Source of the DNA: Syntrophorhabdaceae bacterium
GTDB taxonomy: Bacteria > Desulfobacterota > Syntrophorhabdia > Syntrophorhabdales > Syntrophorhabdaceae
Length of the DNA stretch: 64,000 nt
Reading direction: 5' to 3'
NCBI GenBank assembly: GCA_963665295.1
Contig: OY762209.1
Location: forward strand, 1,536,001 to 1,600,000
Every line of letters begins with the position of its first letter. The stretch's first letter is position 1. Both the position numbers and the translations under genes were made by a program. Positions 30,593-39,822 of the stretch are shown here, piece by piece. The notes below the pieces were generated by a model. It was not told the DNA's origin, searched no databases, and worked only from the letters and a program-made list of their open reading frames with translations.

Positions 30593-30860
30593 GGCGGGTG
30601 GGGAGGGGTATTCCCGGTGGCGAGCATACTGGTGGAAGGCCGGGGACCCATTCAATTGCGTTGACCGGCGGCGCGCCTTTTGCGACGCAATACGCCGGAT
30701 AGGAGGATCAGGCGGGACAAGACCGGCAGGGTTTGCGGACGACCCGCGTGCGGACTGCTGAATAACTTGCTGCGCACTGCGTATTGAGGGCGACGGAATT
30801 GATATATGGGTCGGCGTTCCACCGTCGGGGAGCGACCGGGAATGCCCCTCCCCACCCGCC
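30593..30860. repeat. 268-nt rod-like inverted-repeat element (MITE-like or structured RNA)
   Basis: 26-bp terminal inverted repeat with one mismatch: GGCGGGTGGGGAGGGGTATTCCCGGT / ACCGGGAATGCCCCTCCCCACCCGCC, plus nested complementary blocks. Confidence 0.75.
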
Positions 30861-31067
30861 TCACCTCCCAACGAACACGTCCAGGCATCGCTCGTCGATA
30901 GAAGAACCATCGGCAACGCCTCCCTGTCGGCTTCGAACCGGTCATTCATGTCCTGCTCCCACAAAGAATGACCCTGAGGCCCCTCCCTGCCGGCGGATTC
31001 ATTAATCACATTGAAAGTTTGTGTCGATTGTTGTACTATTATCAATGAATAATCAGGAGGATAGTTA

Positions 31068-32435
31068 ATGAGCAAAAAGATGAAGGTATTTTTGAGTATG
31101 GTGTTCTTGTGCATCTTTATTCTCGGGTTCATGCTCGGGGGAGGGGCCCAGGGGAGGAAAGTCCTCGGCGGCGGGGATGACAAGGAGATGTACGAGTATT
31201 TGAAGACCTTCTCCGACACCATTGACCTGGTGAAGAAGAACTATGTCGAGCCGGTGAAGGACAAGGACCTCATCTACTCTGCCATAAAAGGTATACTCGA
31301 GTCTCTCGACCCCCACTCTTCCTTTCTGCCTCCTGATATGTACAAGGATATGCAGACGGAAACAAAGGGTGAATTCGGCGGCATAGGGATCGAGATTACC
31401 GTGAAGGACGGTTTCCCTACCGTCATCACCCCCATCGAAGATACTCCCGCATACAAGGCAGGCCTCAAGGCGGGGGATCAGATCATCCGCATCGACAACA
31501 AGCCTTCGAAGGGCATGAGCATCATGGATGTAGTGAAGATCATTCGCGGCGCGAAAGGCAAGCCCGTGGTCCTTACTATCTGGAGAGAGGGTTTCCAGGC
31601 GCCGAAGGAATTTACCGTGGTGAGGGATGTAATCCAGGTGAAGAGCGTAAAGTACCGGATGCTGGATGACAACTATGGATACATCAGGATAGCCCAGTTC
31701 CAGGAAAAGACCTCGAAGGACCTCGATAACGCCTTCAAGGAACTGGAGAAGCAGGCCAAAGAAAAGGGCATGAAGGGACTGGTGCTCGACCTTAGAAACG
31801 ACCCGGGCGGACTCCTCGAACAGGCGGTGGAGGTTTCGGACCGGTTTATCGAAGACGGCCTTATTGTATATATCGAAGGAAGGAAAAAGGAAGACAGCAA
31901 AATGAAGTTCTATGCCCACAAGTCGAACACCGACTACAAGGGCCCTCTTGTAGTACTTGTGAACGAGGGCAGCGCGAGCGCGTCGGAAATCGTGGCGGGT
32001 GCGCTTCAGGATTATAAGCGGGCCATTATCGTGGGGAAGAAGACCTTCGGAAAAGGCTCGGTGCAGACCATATTTCCTCTTCCCGACGGTTCCGCGGTGC
32101 GGCTCACCACGGCGAAATATTATACCCCCAAAGGCAGGTCCATACAGGGAGAAGGCGTGACGCCCGACATCGTGGTGGACGCCAACGTGACGAGGAGCAA
32201 GGACAGGATTACTCCGCTTACCGAAAAGGACCTCCTTGAAAAGGGATTGCCTGCGGACAAGACCCCGAAGAAGGTTCCCGACGGGAAAGAGGGCACCACG
32301 AACAAACCGGCCGATGGAAAGAATTCCAACGGCGGAAAGAACCCGAGTGAAGCGAAGGTTTCCGATGAGGATGATTTCCAGCTTTACATGGGCCTCCAGA
32401 TATTGAAAGGATGGGAGGCACTCCGGGGCAAATAA
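31068..32435 (+). CDS. ctpA: Carboxy-terminal processing protease, S41 family
   Basis: LDPHS, GEFGGIG, PDZ domain, DLRNDPGGLL, SASASEIVAG, GKGSVQ and TAKYYTP.G.SIQ. Confidence 0.96.
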   Translation: MSKKMKVFLSMVFLCIFILGFMLGGGAQGRKVLGGGDDKEMYEYLKTFSDTIDLVKKNYVEPVKDKDLIYSAIKGILESLDPHSSFLPPDMYKDMQTETKGEFGGIGIEITVKDGFPTVITPIEDTPAYKAGLKAGDQIIRIDNKPSKGMSIMDVVKIIRGAKGKPVVLTIWREGFQAPKEFTVVRDVIQVKSVKYRMLDDNYGYIRIAQFQEKTSKDLDNAFKELEKQAKEKGMKGLVLDLRNDPGGLLEQAVEVSDRFIEDGLIVYIEGRKKEDSKMKFYAHKSNTDYKGPLVVLVNEGSASASEIVAGALQDYKRAIIVGKKTFGKGSVQTIFPLPDGSAVRLTTAKYYTPKGRSIQGEGVTPDIVVDANVTRSKDRITPLTEKDLLEKGLPADKTPKKVPDGKEGTTNKPADGKNSNGGKNPSEAKVSDEDDFQLYMGLQILKGWEALRGK

Positions 32436-32474
32436 TCTTCACCGGCATCTCAGCAACAGGAATGCGCATACGCG

Positions 32475-32500
32475 GGGGCGGCTTACGGACCGCCCCTTTT
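32475..32500 (+). terminator. Intrinsic terminator after ctpA
   Basis: GGGGCGG-loop-CCGCCCC followed by TTTT. Confidence 0.7.
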
Positions 32501-32541
32501 CACTTCAGACGTAGAATATAACAACGGAAAAGGGATACTCC

Positions 32542-33240
32542 ATGAACGCCATCAAACCTGTATCGGGCAGGCACAGACCGCAGGGCCTTACAATTCTGTA
32601 CGAAGACCAGGATATCCTTGTTATCGATAAGGAGCCGGGGTTGCTCACCGTAAAGGCGAATTACGAAAAACTGAGGACGGCCCACCAGATCCTGACCAAC
32701 TATATACGCAAGGGGAGCGCGAAGTCGACGAAACAGTTGTTCGTGGTGCACCGGCTGGACCGTGAGACTTCCGGTGTGCTCGTCTTTGCCAAGAGCTTCA
32801 AGGCCAAGGAGAATCTCAAGCAGCAGTGGGAAGGCGTCAAGAAGCAGTATGTGGCCCTGGTTCACGGGGTTCTGAAAGAAAAGAGCGGGACCATCCAAAG
32901 CTACCTCGCGGAAAACGATGACTATGAAGTCTGCTCCGTGACGGACCCCAAGAAAGGAAAGCTCGCCGTAACCCGGTACAAGGTCATACAGGAGTCGAAG
33001 CGCTTCAGTCTCCTCGAAATCGAGTTGCTCACGGGCAAGAAGAACCAGATACGGGTCCATCTATCCGAACTGGGACATCCGATAGTCAACGACAACAAGT
33101 ATGGCAGCAAGGGCAAGGTGACGGGTCCCCTTGGCCTCCATTCACGGTTCCTCACCTTTAACCATCCTTACAGCGGCAAGAGGATGACCTTCGAAGCGAA
33201 GCTCCCCGCCCATTTCGAAAAACACTTCGAGAAAATATAA
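32542..33240 (+). CDS. RluA-family RNA pseudouridine synthase
   Basis: ILYED..ILVIDK..G, VHRLDRETSG catalytic motif, TGKKNQIRVH and LHS..L.F.HP. Confidence 0.94.
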   Translation: MNAIKPVSGRHRPQGLTILYEDQDILVIDKEPGLLTVKANYEKLRTAHQILTNYIRKGSAKSTKQLFVVHRLDRETSGVLVFAKSFKAKENLKQQWEGVKKQYVALVHGVLKEKSGTIQSYLAENDDYEVCSVTDPKKGKLAVTRYKVIQESKRFSLLEIELLTGKKNQIRVHLSELGHPIVNDNKYGSKGKVTGPLGLHSRFLTFNHPYSGKRMTFEAKLPAHFEKHFEKI

Positions 33241-33463
33241 CTCCCCGGGAACAGGACGGTTTGCAAATCAGGTCTTGATATTCGCGGGTGTAATATACTA
33301 TAGGTTAATAAACCCGGGGCGCAAAAGGCGCCAGGGGAAAGGGCCTGCGCGGTAGATCCGGAATACTTCGCCGGTCCGTCTGCCTGTTACTTACTGCAAT
33401 CTCATCGAAGAAAGGTAAGCGCGGCACAATTTCATTGCTCCAATAGAGCGAGGGAGGATTCTT

Positions 33464-34009
33464 ATGGTTAAGGGATGTTTACGAAAGAGCGGGATGATCG
33501 GGATGTTTATGGTACTGCCGGCTTTGCTTCTCATGGGGCTCGTGACTTTCTACGCCCAGCCGGGCATGGCTCAGACAAAGGACACCGCGGGGATAGCATG
33601 CTCCAAGGACACCGCAAAGGCAATGGTCCACGGTACCGCCGCGGGCTTGGGCGAGATCCTCAAGGGCGTGAAGGACGAAGAGAAACGGATCGGCTTGATA
33701 CGTGCTTATGTCGCCCCCGTACGCTTTTACGCCGACAACTCGGGATATTTCTATGTATATGATATGAACTGTGTAAATATCGCCCATGCGACGCAGAAAG
33801 ACCTGCAGGGCAAGAACCTCTATGATTACAAGGATAGCAAAGGATCGTTCGTTGTCCGCAACCTCGTTGCCGCAGCAAAGAACGGCGGCGGTTTTGTCGA
33901 GTTTTACTGGGTAAAGCCCGGGTCCAAGGATGAGGTCAAGAAGCTGGGATATGTTGAGCCTATTCCGGGAACGAACTATTTCATCGGCACCGGCGTATAT
34001 CTGCCTTAA
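33464..34009 (+). CDS. Stand-alone exported single Cache domain protein
   Basis: Signal peptide, then GYFYVYD, AHA....L.GKN..D.KD..G, GGGFVEFYW.KPG, KLGYV and IGTGVY; no transmembrane or output domain. Confidence 0.88.
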   Translation: MVKGCLRKSGMIGMFMVLPALLLMGLVTFYAQPGMAQTKDTAGIACSKDTAKAMVHGTAAGLGEILKGVKDEEKRIGLIRAYVAPVRFYADNSGYFYVYDMNCVNIAHATQKDLQGKNLYDYKDSKGSFVVRNLVAAAKNGGGFVEFYWVKPGSKDEVKKLGYVEPIPGTNYFIGTGVYLP

Positions 34010-34026
34010 TTTCCGCAACAGAAGAA

Positions 34027-34053
34027 GGGAGGCCGGTCAAAAGCGGGCCTCCC
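34027..34053. terminator. Hairpin between convergent cache and PBP1A genes
   Basis: GGGAGGCC...GGCCTCCC inverted repeat. Confidence 0.55.
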
Positions 34054-34062
34054 GTATCATGA

Positions 34063-36300
34063 CTAGTTATACGGCGTGGACGGGTTGGTGGGGGGACTGT
34101 CGGGGTTGGTCGGCCCTGTCCCCGGAACTGCCTGGGCCCCCGGTTCTTCCGGTGCGGGATGAGGGGCAAGCCCGAAATCATCGGGCGGCCAGTGCCTCAG
34201 GGCGGACGCCATGAAGTGCATCCATATGGGAAGGCAGACCCGGGCGCCGCTCTCACCTTTACCCAGGGATGTCCTCGCATCGAACCCCACCCAGACGCCT
34301 GCCGCGATATGGGGCGAATAGCCTACGAAGAGGGCGTCGTAATAGTTGTTTGTCGTGCCTGTCTTGCCCGCGATGGGATATCCGAGTTTTGAGGCGACCC
34401 CCTTGGCGGTCCCGTATTCCACGGGTCCTTTCAGGAGGATATTCATCTTCAATGCGATCTCTTCGGGGATGGCCCGTTCCTTTACCACGCTGTTTTCCTC
34501 AAGCACGGTCCCCTTGGAGTCCTCTATCCGCTTTACAAAGAGGGGTTTTACCCGGTAGCCTCCGTTCGCAAAGGCGGCGAACCCTTTCACAAGATCGAGG
34601 AGGGTCATATTGGCCGAGCCTAAGGCGATGGAGAGGTTGTTCGGGATATCCGCTTCTATGCCGAGTTCCTTCATGTCTTCCTTGACTGCGCTTACGCCCA
34701 CCTCTTCGAGAAGCCGCACGGCGGCGGCGTTCTTGGAGTAGGCTACCGCGTCCCTGATGGTGATCTGCCCCTGGTATTTGCCGTCATAGTTCTTCGGCGT
34801 CCACGACCTTCCGAGGCCCATGGAGTAACTCTTCGCTTCATCGGTGATCACCGAGTCCAGGTCATAGCCTTTCTTCAGGGCGGCAAGGTATATGAAGGGC
34901 TTGAAGGCGCTTCCCGATTGTACCTGTGCGGAAATGGCCCTGTTGTAAGGGCTTTTGTCGAAGTCCCTCCCTCCCACCATGGCCAGCACGGAGCCCGTAT
35001 CCACGTCCATGCAGAGGAGAGCCCCTTCCACCTTAAGGCTCTTCACGGGCTGGAACACGTTGTTCTTATGTTTGTCCAATCCCCCGTATATGCCCCTCGT
35101 CACATCCCCGGGTTTGAAGGGGAACCCGTCCGTGGGCATATGGCCTTTGCTCTGGCCGGCTAAGACCGTGTACCCGTCCTTTGTCTTCTCCGACACGAGG
35201 AGGTCGTACGTGGCCCCTGCCTTGAGTCCCGAGAGCTTGAGGTCTCTTTCGCCTGCATGCATGAAATCGTCCCATTTCCGCCTCGGGAGGTTGTACTGGA
35301 CCGTATAGTCGCCTTTTCTCTGTTCGTAAATGTTGAGGCCCCGCTTCATGGCATCTTCCGCCGTCCTCTGAAGCCGGCCGTCCACGGTGGCGTAGATCTT
35401 CATGGGCCTCCGGGACAAGATGCCTTTCCCGTACTTGTCTTCAACGTACCTCACAAGGTAATCCTTGAAATAACTCTCGCTGAAGACGCCATTGTCTTCC
35501 CTGATGGCAACCTTCTCCTTCAGCATATCCTTCTTTCTCTTCTCGTCTATGAAGCCCTTGGCGCACATCTGGTCGATAACATACTCCTGCCGGATTCTCG
35601 CGTTGCCCGGGTGTTTCTTGGGCGTATATCTCGCGGGGGCAGGGGCAAGGCCTGCGAGGAGCGCCCCTTCCGCCCTGGTCACTTGCCACACGTGCTTGCC
35701 GAAATAGACCTGGGAAGCGGCCTCTACCCCGTATACACCATGGCCCAGGTAGAGGTTGTTCAGGTAAAGGTTCAGGATTTCCTTCTTGGTGCAGTCGTGT
35801 TCGAGCCGGTATGCGAGGATCGCCTCGCGGACCTTCCTGAAAACATTCTTTTCGGGGCCGAGGATGAGGGCCTTGATTACCTGCTGGGTTATAGTGCTTC
35901 CTCCCTGGGCCATCCTGCCGTACATGATGTCCTTCATGAGAGCACGGAGGATGCCCTGGGGGTCTATGGCCCCATGCTTGAAGAACTCGGCGTCCTCGGC
36001 GGCGAGGAACGCATCTTTCACGTACTTGGGTATTTTGTCGTAACTCACGAATATCCGGTCATCCGGCACGAGGAGGTAGACGAGTTCGTCGTTGGCCCCG
36101 TACACGCTGCTTGCCGGTTTGTTCTGCAGGTTCTTGAGGGCGGCCACTGACGGGATGTCCCCGATGATATAGATGTAGGAGCCCACGGAGAGGAAAAGAA
36201 AGGAGAGGAGCAGGAGAAAGATGAGCCAATTGAGGAGACTCCATTTCCTTTTCGGGCCTCTTCTTGTGTTTCTGGTGGTTTTTTCAGAACTTTTCTTCAA
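34063..36300 (-). CDS. mrcA: Class A penicillin-binding protein 1A
   Basis: N-terminal TM; transglycosylase AED..F..H, GGSTITQQ, RK.RE, YLN..Y.G; transpeptidase SAFK, SKN and KTG motifs. Confidence 0.93.
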   Translation of the reverse strand: MKKSSEKTTRNTRRGPKRKWSLLNWLIFLLLLSFLFLSVGSYIYIIGDIPSVAALKNLQNKPASSVYGANDELVYLLVPDDRIFVSYDKIPKYVKDAFLAAEDAEFFKHGAIDPQGILRALMKDIMYGRMAQGGSTITQQVIKALILGPEKNVFRKVREAILAYRLEHDCTKKEILNLYLNNLYLGHGVYGVEAASQVYFGKHVWQVTRAEGALLAGLAPAPARYTPKKHPGNARIRQEYVIDQMCAKGFIDEKRKKDMLKEKVAIREDNGVFSESYFKDYLVRYVEDKYGKGILSRRPMKIYATVDGRLQRTAEDAMKRGLNIYEQRKGDYTVQYNLPRRKWDDFMHAGERDLKLSGLKAGATYDLLVSEKTKDGYTVLAGQSKGHMPTDGFPFKPGDVTRGIYGGLDKHKNNVFQPVKSLKVEGALLCMDVDTGSVLAMVGGRDFDKSPYNRAISAQVQSGSAFKPFIYLAALKKGYDLDSVITDEAKSYSMGLGRSWTPKNYDGKYQGQITIRDAVAYSKNAAAVRLLEEVGVSAVKEDMKELGIEADIPNNLSIALGSANMTLLDLVKGFAAFANGGYRVKPLFVKRIEDSKGTVLEENSVVKERAIPEEIALKMNILLKGPVEYGTAKGVASKLGYPIAGKTGTTNNYYDALFVGYSPHIAAGVWVGFDARTSLGKGESGARVCLPIWMHFMASALRHWPPDDFGLAPHPAPEEPGAQAVPGTGPTNPDSPPTNPSTPYN

Positions 36301-38033
36301 AATACGATTTCACCTTTTTTTACATCGTAGAGGCCTGAAACAGTGAGCCTCAACTCGATGATTGACGTCAATGTGAGATAACTGATAGTGAGAAACGGAT
36401 CATCAAGGGTGCTCCCCTTGCCCCTTATCGCATCTTTCGCCGCGGTAAGCTCCCGGGCGAGGTCCCTGATCTTCAGGGAGGACATGGTGGCGCCCACGGG
36501 CAGCGCGAGGGCATGAAGGACAGTTCCCTTGTCAACGAGGACTATGCCCCCGCCCATATGGAGGAGCGTATTTCCCGCAAGGACCATGTCGTCGTCGTCA
36601 AAGCCGAGGACAAGCAGTCCATGGGTCTCATGGGCCACTGTGGTGGCAATGCCGCCTATGTCCGCCCCGAGGCCCCTTACGAACCCCTTTCCCCAGTGCA
36701 ACCGGTCCCTTCGCGTGTAGAGGGCCTTCCTGATATCTTCTTCCTTCCGGGGGAGCAGGAAGGCCCCGTCGGTGGGGAGCGTCCGGTCCAGCCTCCTCGT
36801 GACTGTCTTGTCCACCATGTCGATCACGGGGGTCGGACCTGTCCCCCTTGCGGGGATCGCGAAGTCACCTTTGGTGATATTATCGAAGGTATAGGGGTTG
36901 TACCTGTTCCTTACGTCCGGGAACGGGGCCGACCCCACAAGGAGGTTGCCGTCCTCCGAGACGACCCTCCCCTTTTCGATGACCTTAAGGGGCGTGGGGT
37001 GCTCTATGTCCTCGAGGAGCAGGATGTCGGCGATCCTGCCGGGCGCGAGACTGCCTACCTCCGAATCGACCTTGAGGTACCGGGCGGGGTTCAGGGTGGC
37101 CATCTTTATGGCGTCCATGGGGGCCAGGCCGTACCGTATCGCCTCCTGAACCACGAAGTCCATATAACCCTTCTCGCACAGGTCGTCGGGAAAGATGCCG
37201 TCCGACACGAGCATGAGGGAGTCCTTCGGAAGCGCGCGGGCGGCCTTCAACAATTCTTCGAAGTCGCTCCTTATGGAGCTGTGCCTGATCATGGCATAGA
37301 ACCCGAGGCGGACGCGGTTTCGTAGGTCGGCCTCCGTAATGGATTCATGGCACGAGGTGATGCCCGCAGCGGCGAGGGTGTTCAATTTGTCATAGGAAGC
37401 GCCCAGTGTGTGCCCTTCGATGCTCTTCCCGAAAAATTTCGCGAGGAGCATCTTTTCGAGGATGCTGTCTTCGCCCTTCAGCACCCTCATGTACGACGAG
37501 AGTTCGCTCATGGTGATACATTCCCTGTATCCCGAGAAGAGTCTGCAAATGTCGTGGAGGGAATACAGTTCCCCCCCTTCCACTTCCGGGTAGGGAGGGT
37601 AGGTCGCGGGGACGCTCCAGAGATATTTTAGCGCGAACCCGTCGCTTGCCTTCAATACCTCCATGAACCCCGCCACGCCGATGGAATCCACCATGTCCTG
37701 GGCGTCGGAAAATACCGTGGTTGCCCCTTTGGTGACCGCCACCTCGGCGAAGGTGGAGGGATTATAGAAAAGGTCCGCATGGCCGTGAGCGTCCACATAG
37801 CCGGGTGCCGCCACCAGTCCTCTTCCGTCTATTACGAGGATGTCCTTTCCTGCCGCGGGTTCTCTGTCGCCCACATAGGCGATCCATTGTCCGGATACCC
37901 AGATATCCCCCCTGAAAACGCTGCCGCTGAAGACATCGACGATATCCGTATCTTTCACGATCATGTCCGGCGAAGCCTCCCCGGTGGAGACACGGATTAT
38001 CCTCTTCAAGTCCTGAAGACTTTTCTCTATCAT
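36297..38033 (-). CDS. Adenine deaminase-like amidohydrolase (AdeC family)
   Basis: PGYVDAHGH, EGH, SCHES, VSDG, MATLNPA, GSLAPG..AD and an AdeC-type C-terminal domain; several canonical residues diverge. Confidence 0.8.
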   Translation of the reverse strand: MIEKSLQDLKRIIRVSTGEASPDMIVKDTDIVDVFSGSVFRGDIWVSGQWIAYVGDREPAAGKDILVIDGRGLVAAPGYVDAHGHADLFYNPSTFAEVAVTKGATTVFSDAQDMVDSIGVAGFMEVLKASDGFALKYLWSVPATYPPYPEVEGGELYSLHDICRLFSGYRECITMSELSSYMRVLKGEDSILEKMLLAKFFGKSIEGHTLGASYDKLNTLAAAGITSCHESITEADLRNRVRLGFYAMIRHSSIRSDFEELLKAARALPKDSLMLVSDGIFPDDLCEKGYMDFVVQEAIRYGLAPMDAIKMATLNPARYLKVDSEVGSLAPGRIADILLLEDIEHPTPLKVIEKGRVVSEDGNLLVGSAPFPDVRNRYNPYTFDNITKGDFAIPARGTGPTPVIDMVDKTVTRRLDRTLPTDGAFLLPRKEEDIRKALYTRRDRLHWGKGFVRGLGADIGGIATTVAHETHGLLVLGFDDDDMVLAGNTLLHMGGGIVLVDKGTVLHALALPVGATMSSLKIRDLARELTAAKDAIRGKGSTLDDPFLTISYLTLTSIIELRLTVSGLYDVKKGEIVF

Positions 38034-38267
38034 TATCAACCCTTTCGCTCGCTATCGGAACAGATTGTATTCGAAACTCGCTCGCGGCGCACGTATCCTG
38101 TCAGGAAAAACCATGTAAGAATCTATCTCAACGGGGGAATTTAATCAACACCCAACCGCTCGACCGCCCGGACCGGGGCAAGGCGGGTGGTCGGGAACAA
38201 GCCTCTCCCTTACTTGCCCCTGCCCGGCCTTGAGCCCGGAACGTAAGTCCATAGGCCGGAGAGGCTC

Positions 38268-39539
38268 TTAACGGCCGGTATCCGCCACTACCCATAGACC
38301 GGGCTGGACATCTTCCGCCCTGTACCTGCCGGTGGCGGAATCCCGAACCCATTTCCTGAGGGACACCAGGTGCTTTCCTTCATCGGGACGGAGTTCTGTC
38401 TCCACAAAGGTGCAGACGGGCGTGTCGTTCGTCCAGGCCCCTGCGTTGGCATATACCCGTTTCGCCTCAAGAGGGACCTCATCGGGCGGGTAGGGACTGT
38501 CCTCATACGACATGAGACCACAATCATGGGTATGGCCGCAGACCACTATCCTCACCTCCTCGTGCTCGAGGGTGATGGACCGGGCGACCTGATCGAGCCT
38601 CCCCGCGTCGCTCTCAATGGCGTCCAGGCGTCCGACGTTTCCGGGGTGGGTTTGGGGCCATGCATCCCAGGTGTGGTGGTACCGCGCCTTGACCTCCTCC
38701 CACTTCACGAGCCCCGGTACGCCGCCGCTTCCGTTCATGACCGCGCCTTCCCTGCCATAGGCATGTTCGGACACAAGGGTGTCGAAGAGGTCCATGAGGA
38801 CCGCGTCCACGAGGCCACGGGCCGCGCCGTCCGCATCCCCGGCCTCAGGCGCCTTGCCGGGTATGTGTTTCACCCATTCTTTAAAGACCTCCGTGAGTCC
38901 GAGCATCCTGCCTGTCTGCAATGCCTCCTGGGCGTTGATCCGGGTTATGAAATACCCGAGGGGAAGGGCGCTCCCCGCAAATCCGCCGCCCGGTCCCGCC
39001 GGGTAGGGCGCATTGAACATGCCGTACCAATGGCCATGTTCGGTCCAGATGCCGTCAACGCCGTACACATGGTGCCCGTCGGGGGCATCCGGGCAACATA
39101 TGCCGGGAAAGATGTTACGTACCACCTCTTTGACGGCAAACATGTCATGGTTTCCCGGCACATAGACGAGTCTGTCCGCTAAGGCAAGGTTTTTGAGGGC
39201 CTTCACGACCGGGGCGTTTTGGGGCGCGGCCGCAATCCTTCCGTACTGCTCGCCGGGAGGAAGGGGCGCGGGATAGGGGGGTTCCGTCGGGTCGTATTGG
39301 ACGGGACATACCCATTCGTCGAAAAGGTCCCCCACTATGACCACCTCCGCAACCGAACCGTCGTTGATACAATATTCCTCAAGGAAGTCCGCCAGCATCC
39401 CCGGCCGGTCCGTATCGGGCGATAAATCAGGATGAGAGAACCAGCAATAGCCATGGAACGGCGGGGTCTGGTTTGCGCTGCGTCTGTCGCCCATATGAAT
39501 GTCGCTGATGAAAATTCGTCTGTTCGTCCCTCTGCTCAT
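38268..39539 (-). CDS. Calcineurin-like metallophosphoesterase
   Basis: SDIH, GDLFD, GNHD, HGH and GHTH motifs; ATG 39539 with SD AGGAGGTG. Confidence 0.88.
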   Translation of the reverse strand: MSRGTNRRIFISDIHMGDRRSANQTPPFHGYCWFSHPDLSPDTDRPGMLADFLEEYCINDGSVAEVVIVGDLFDEWVCPVQYDPTEPPYPAPLPPGEQYGRIAAAPQNAPVVKALKNLALADRLVYVPGNHDMFAVKEVVRNIFPGICCPDAPDGHHVYGVDGIWTEHGHWYGMFNAPYPAGPGGGFAGSALPLGYFITRINAQEALQTGRMLGLTEVFKEWVKHIPGKAPEAGDADGAARGLVDAVLMDLFDTLVSEHAYGREGAVMNGSGGVPGLVKWEEVKARYHHTWDAWPQTHPGNVGRLDAIESDAGRLDQVARSITLEHEEVRIVVCGHTHDCGLMSYEDSPYPPDEVPLEAKRVYANAGAWTNDTPVCTFVETELRPDEGKHLVSLRKWVRDSATGRYRAEDVQPGLWVVADTGR

Positions 39540-39822
39540 GAAACACCTCCTGTTCCGCCCGGGGGACCGGGGCCCGCTCAAGGCGTCAAATGAAAAGAAA
39601 GCCCTGCCGGGTTATGAGGAATGTGACGGGAGGCGATGACGCCTCATGGACGAACCCGGGAGCCATCTATATTTTCGGGACGAACACACGTATTGTCAAG
39701 CAAATAGGGAGGCTCGTTCCGTGAAATGAGGTTCCCCTGCATTTTTTTCTTGACACGTCGGTTGCTGCTGGTGGTTCTATATAAAGAAGTATGGTTTTAA
39801 ATCTACCCTGGGGTGCGGTGAA

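Noticed and set aside
30593..30860. 6S RNA
   Set aside because: Longer than typical 6S RNA, with near-perfect long terminal repeats and without the usual zapA/ygfA-type gene context. Kept only as an unassigned hairpin element.
30269..31222. 317-aa minus-strand ORF
   Set aside because: It overlaps ctpA antisense and runs through the palindromic element, with no recognisable motifs or SD. It is likely a chance open frame.
33300..33460. c-di-GMP or other riboswitch upstream of the Cache gene
   Set aside because: Small hairpins are present, but the conserved c-di-GMP-I core sequences could not be matched.
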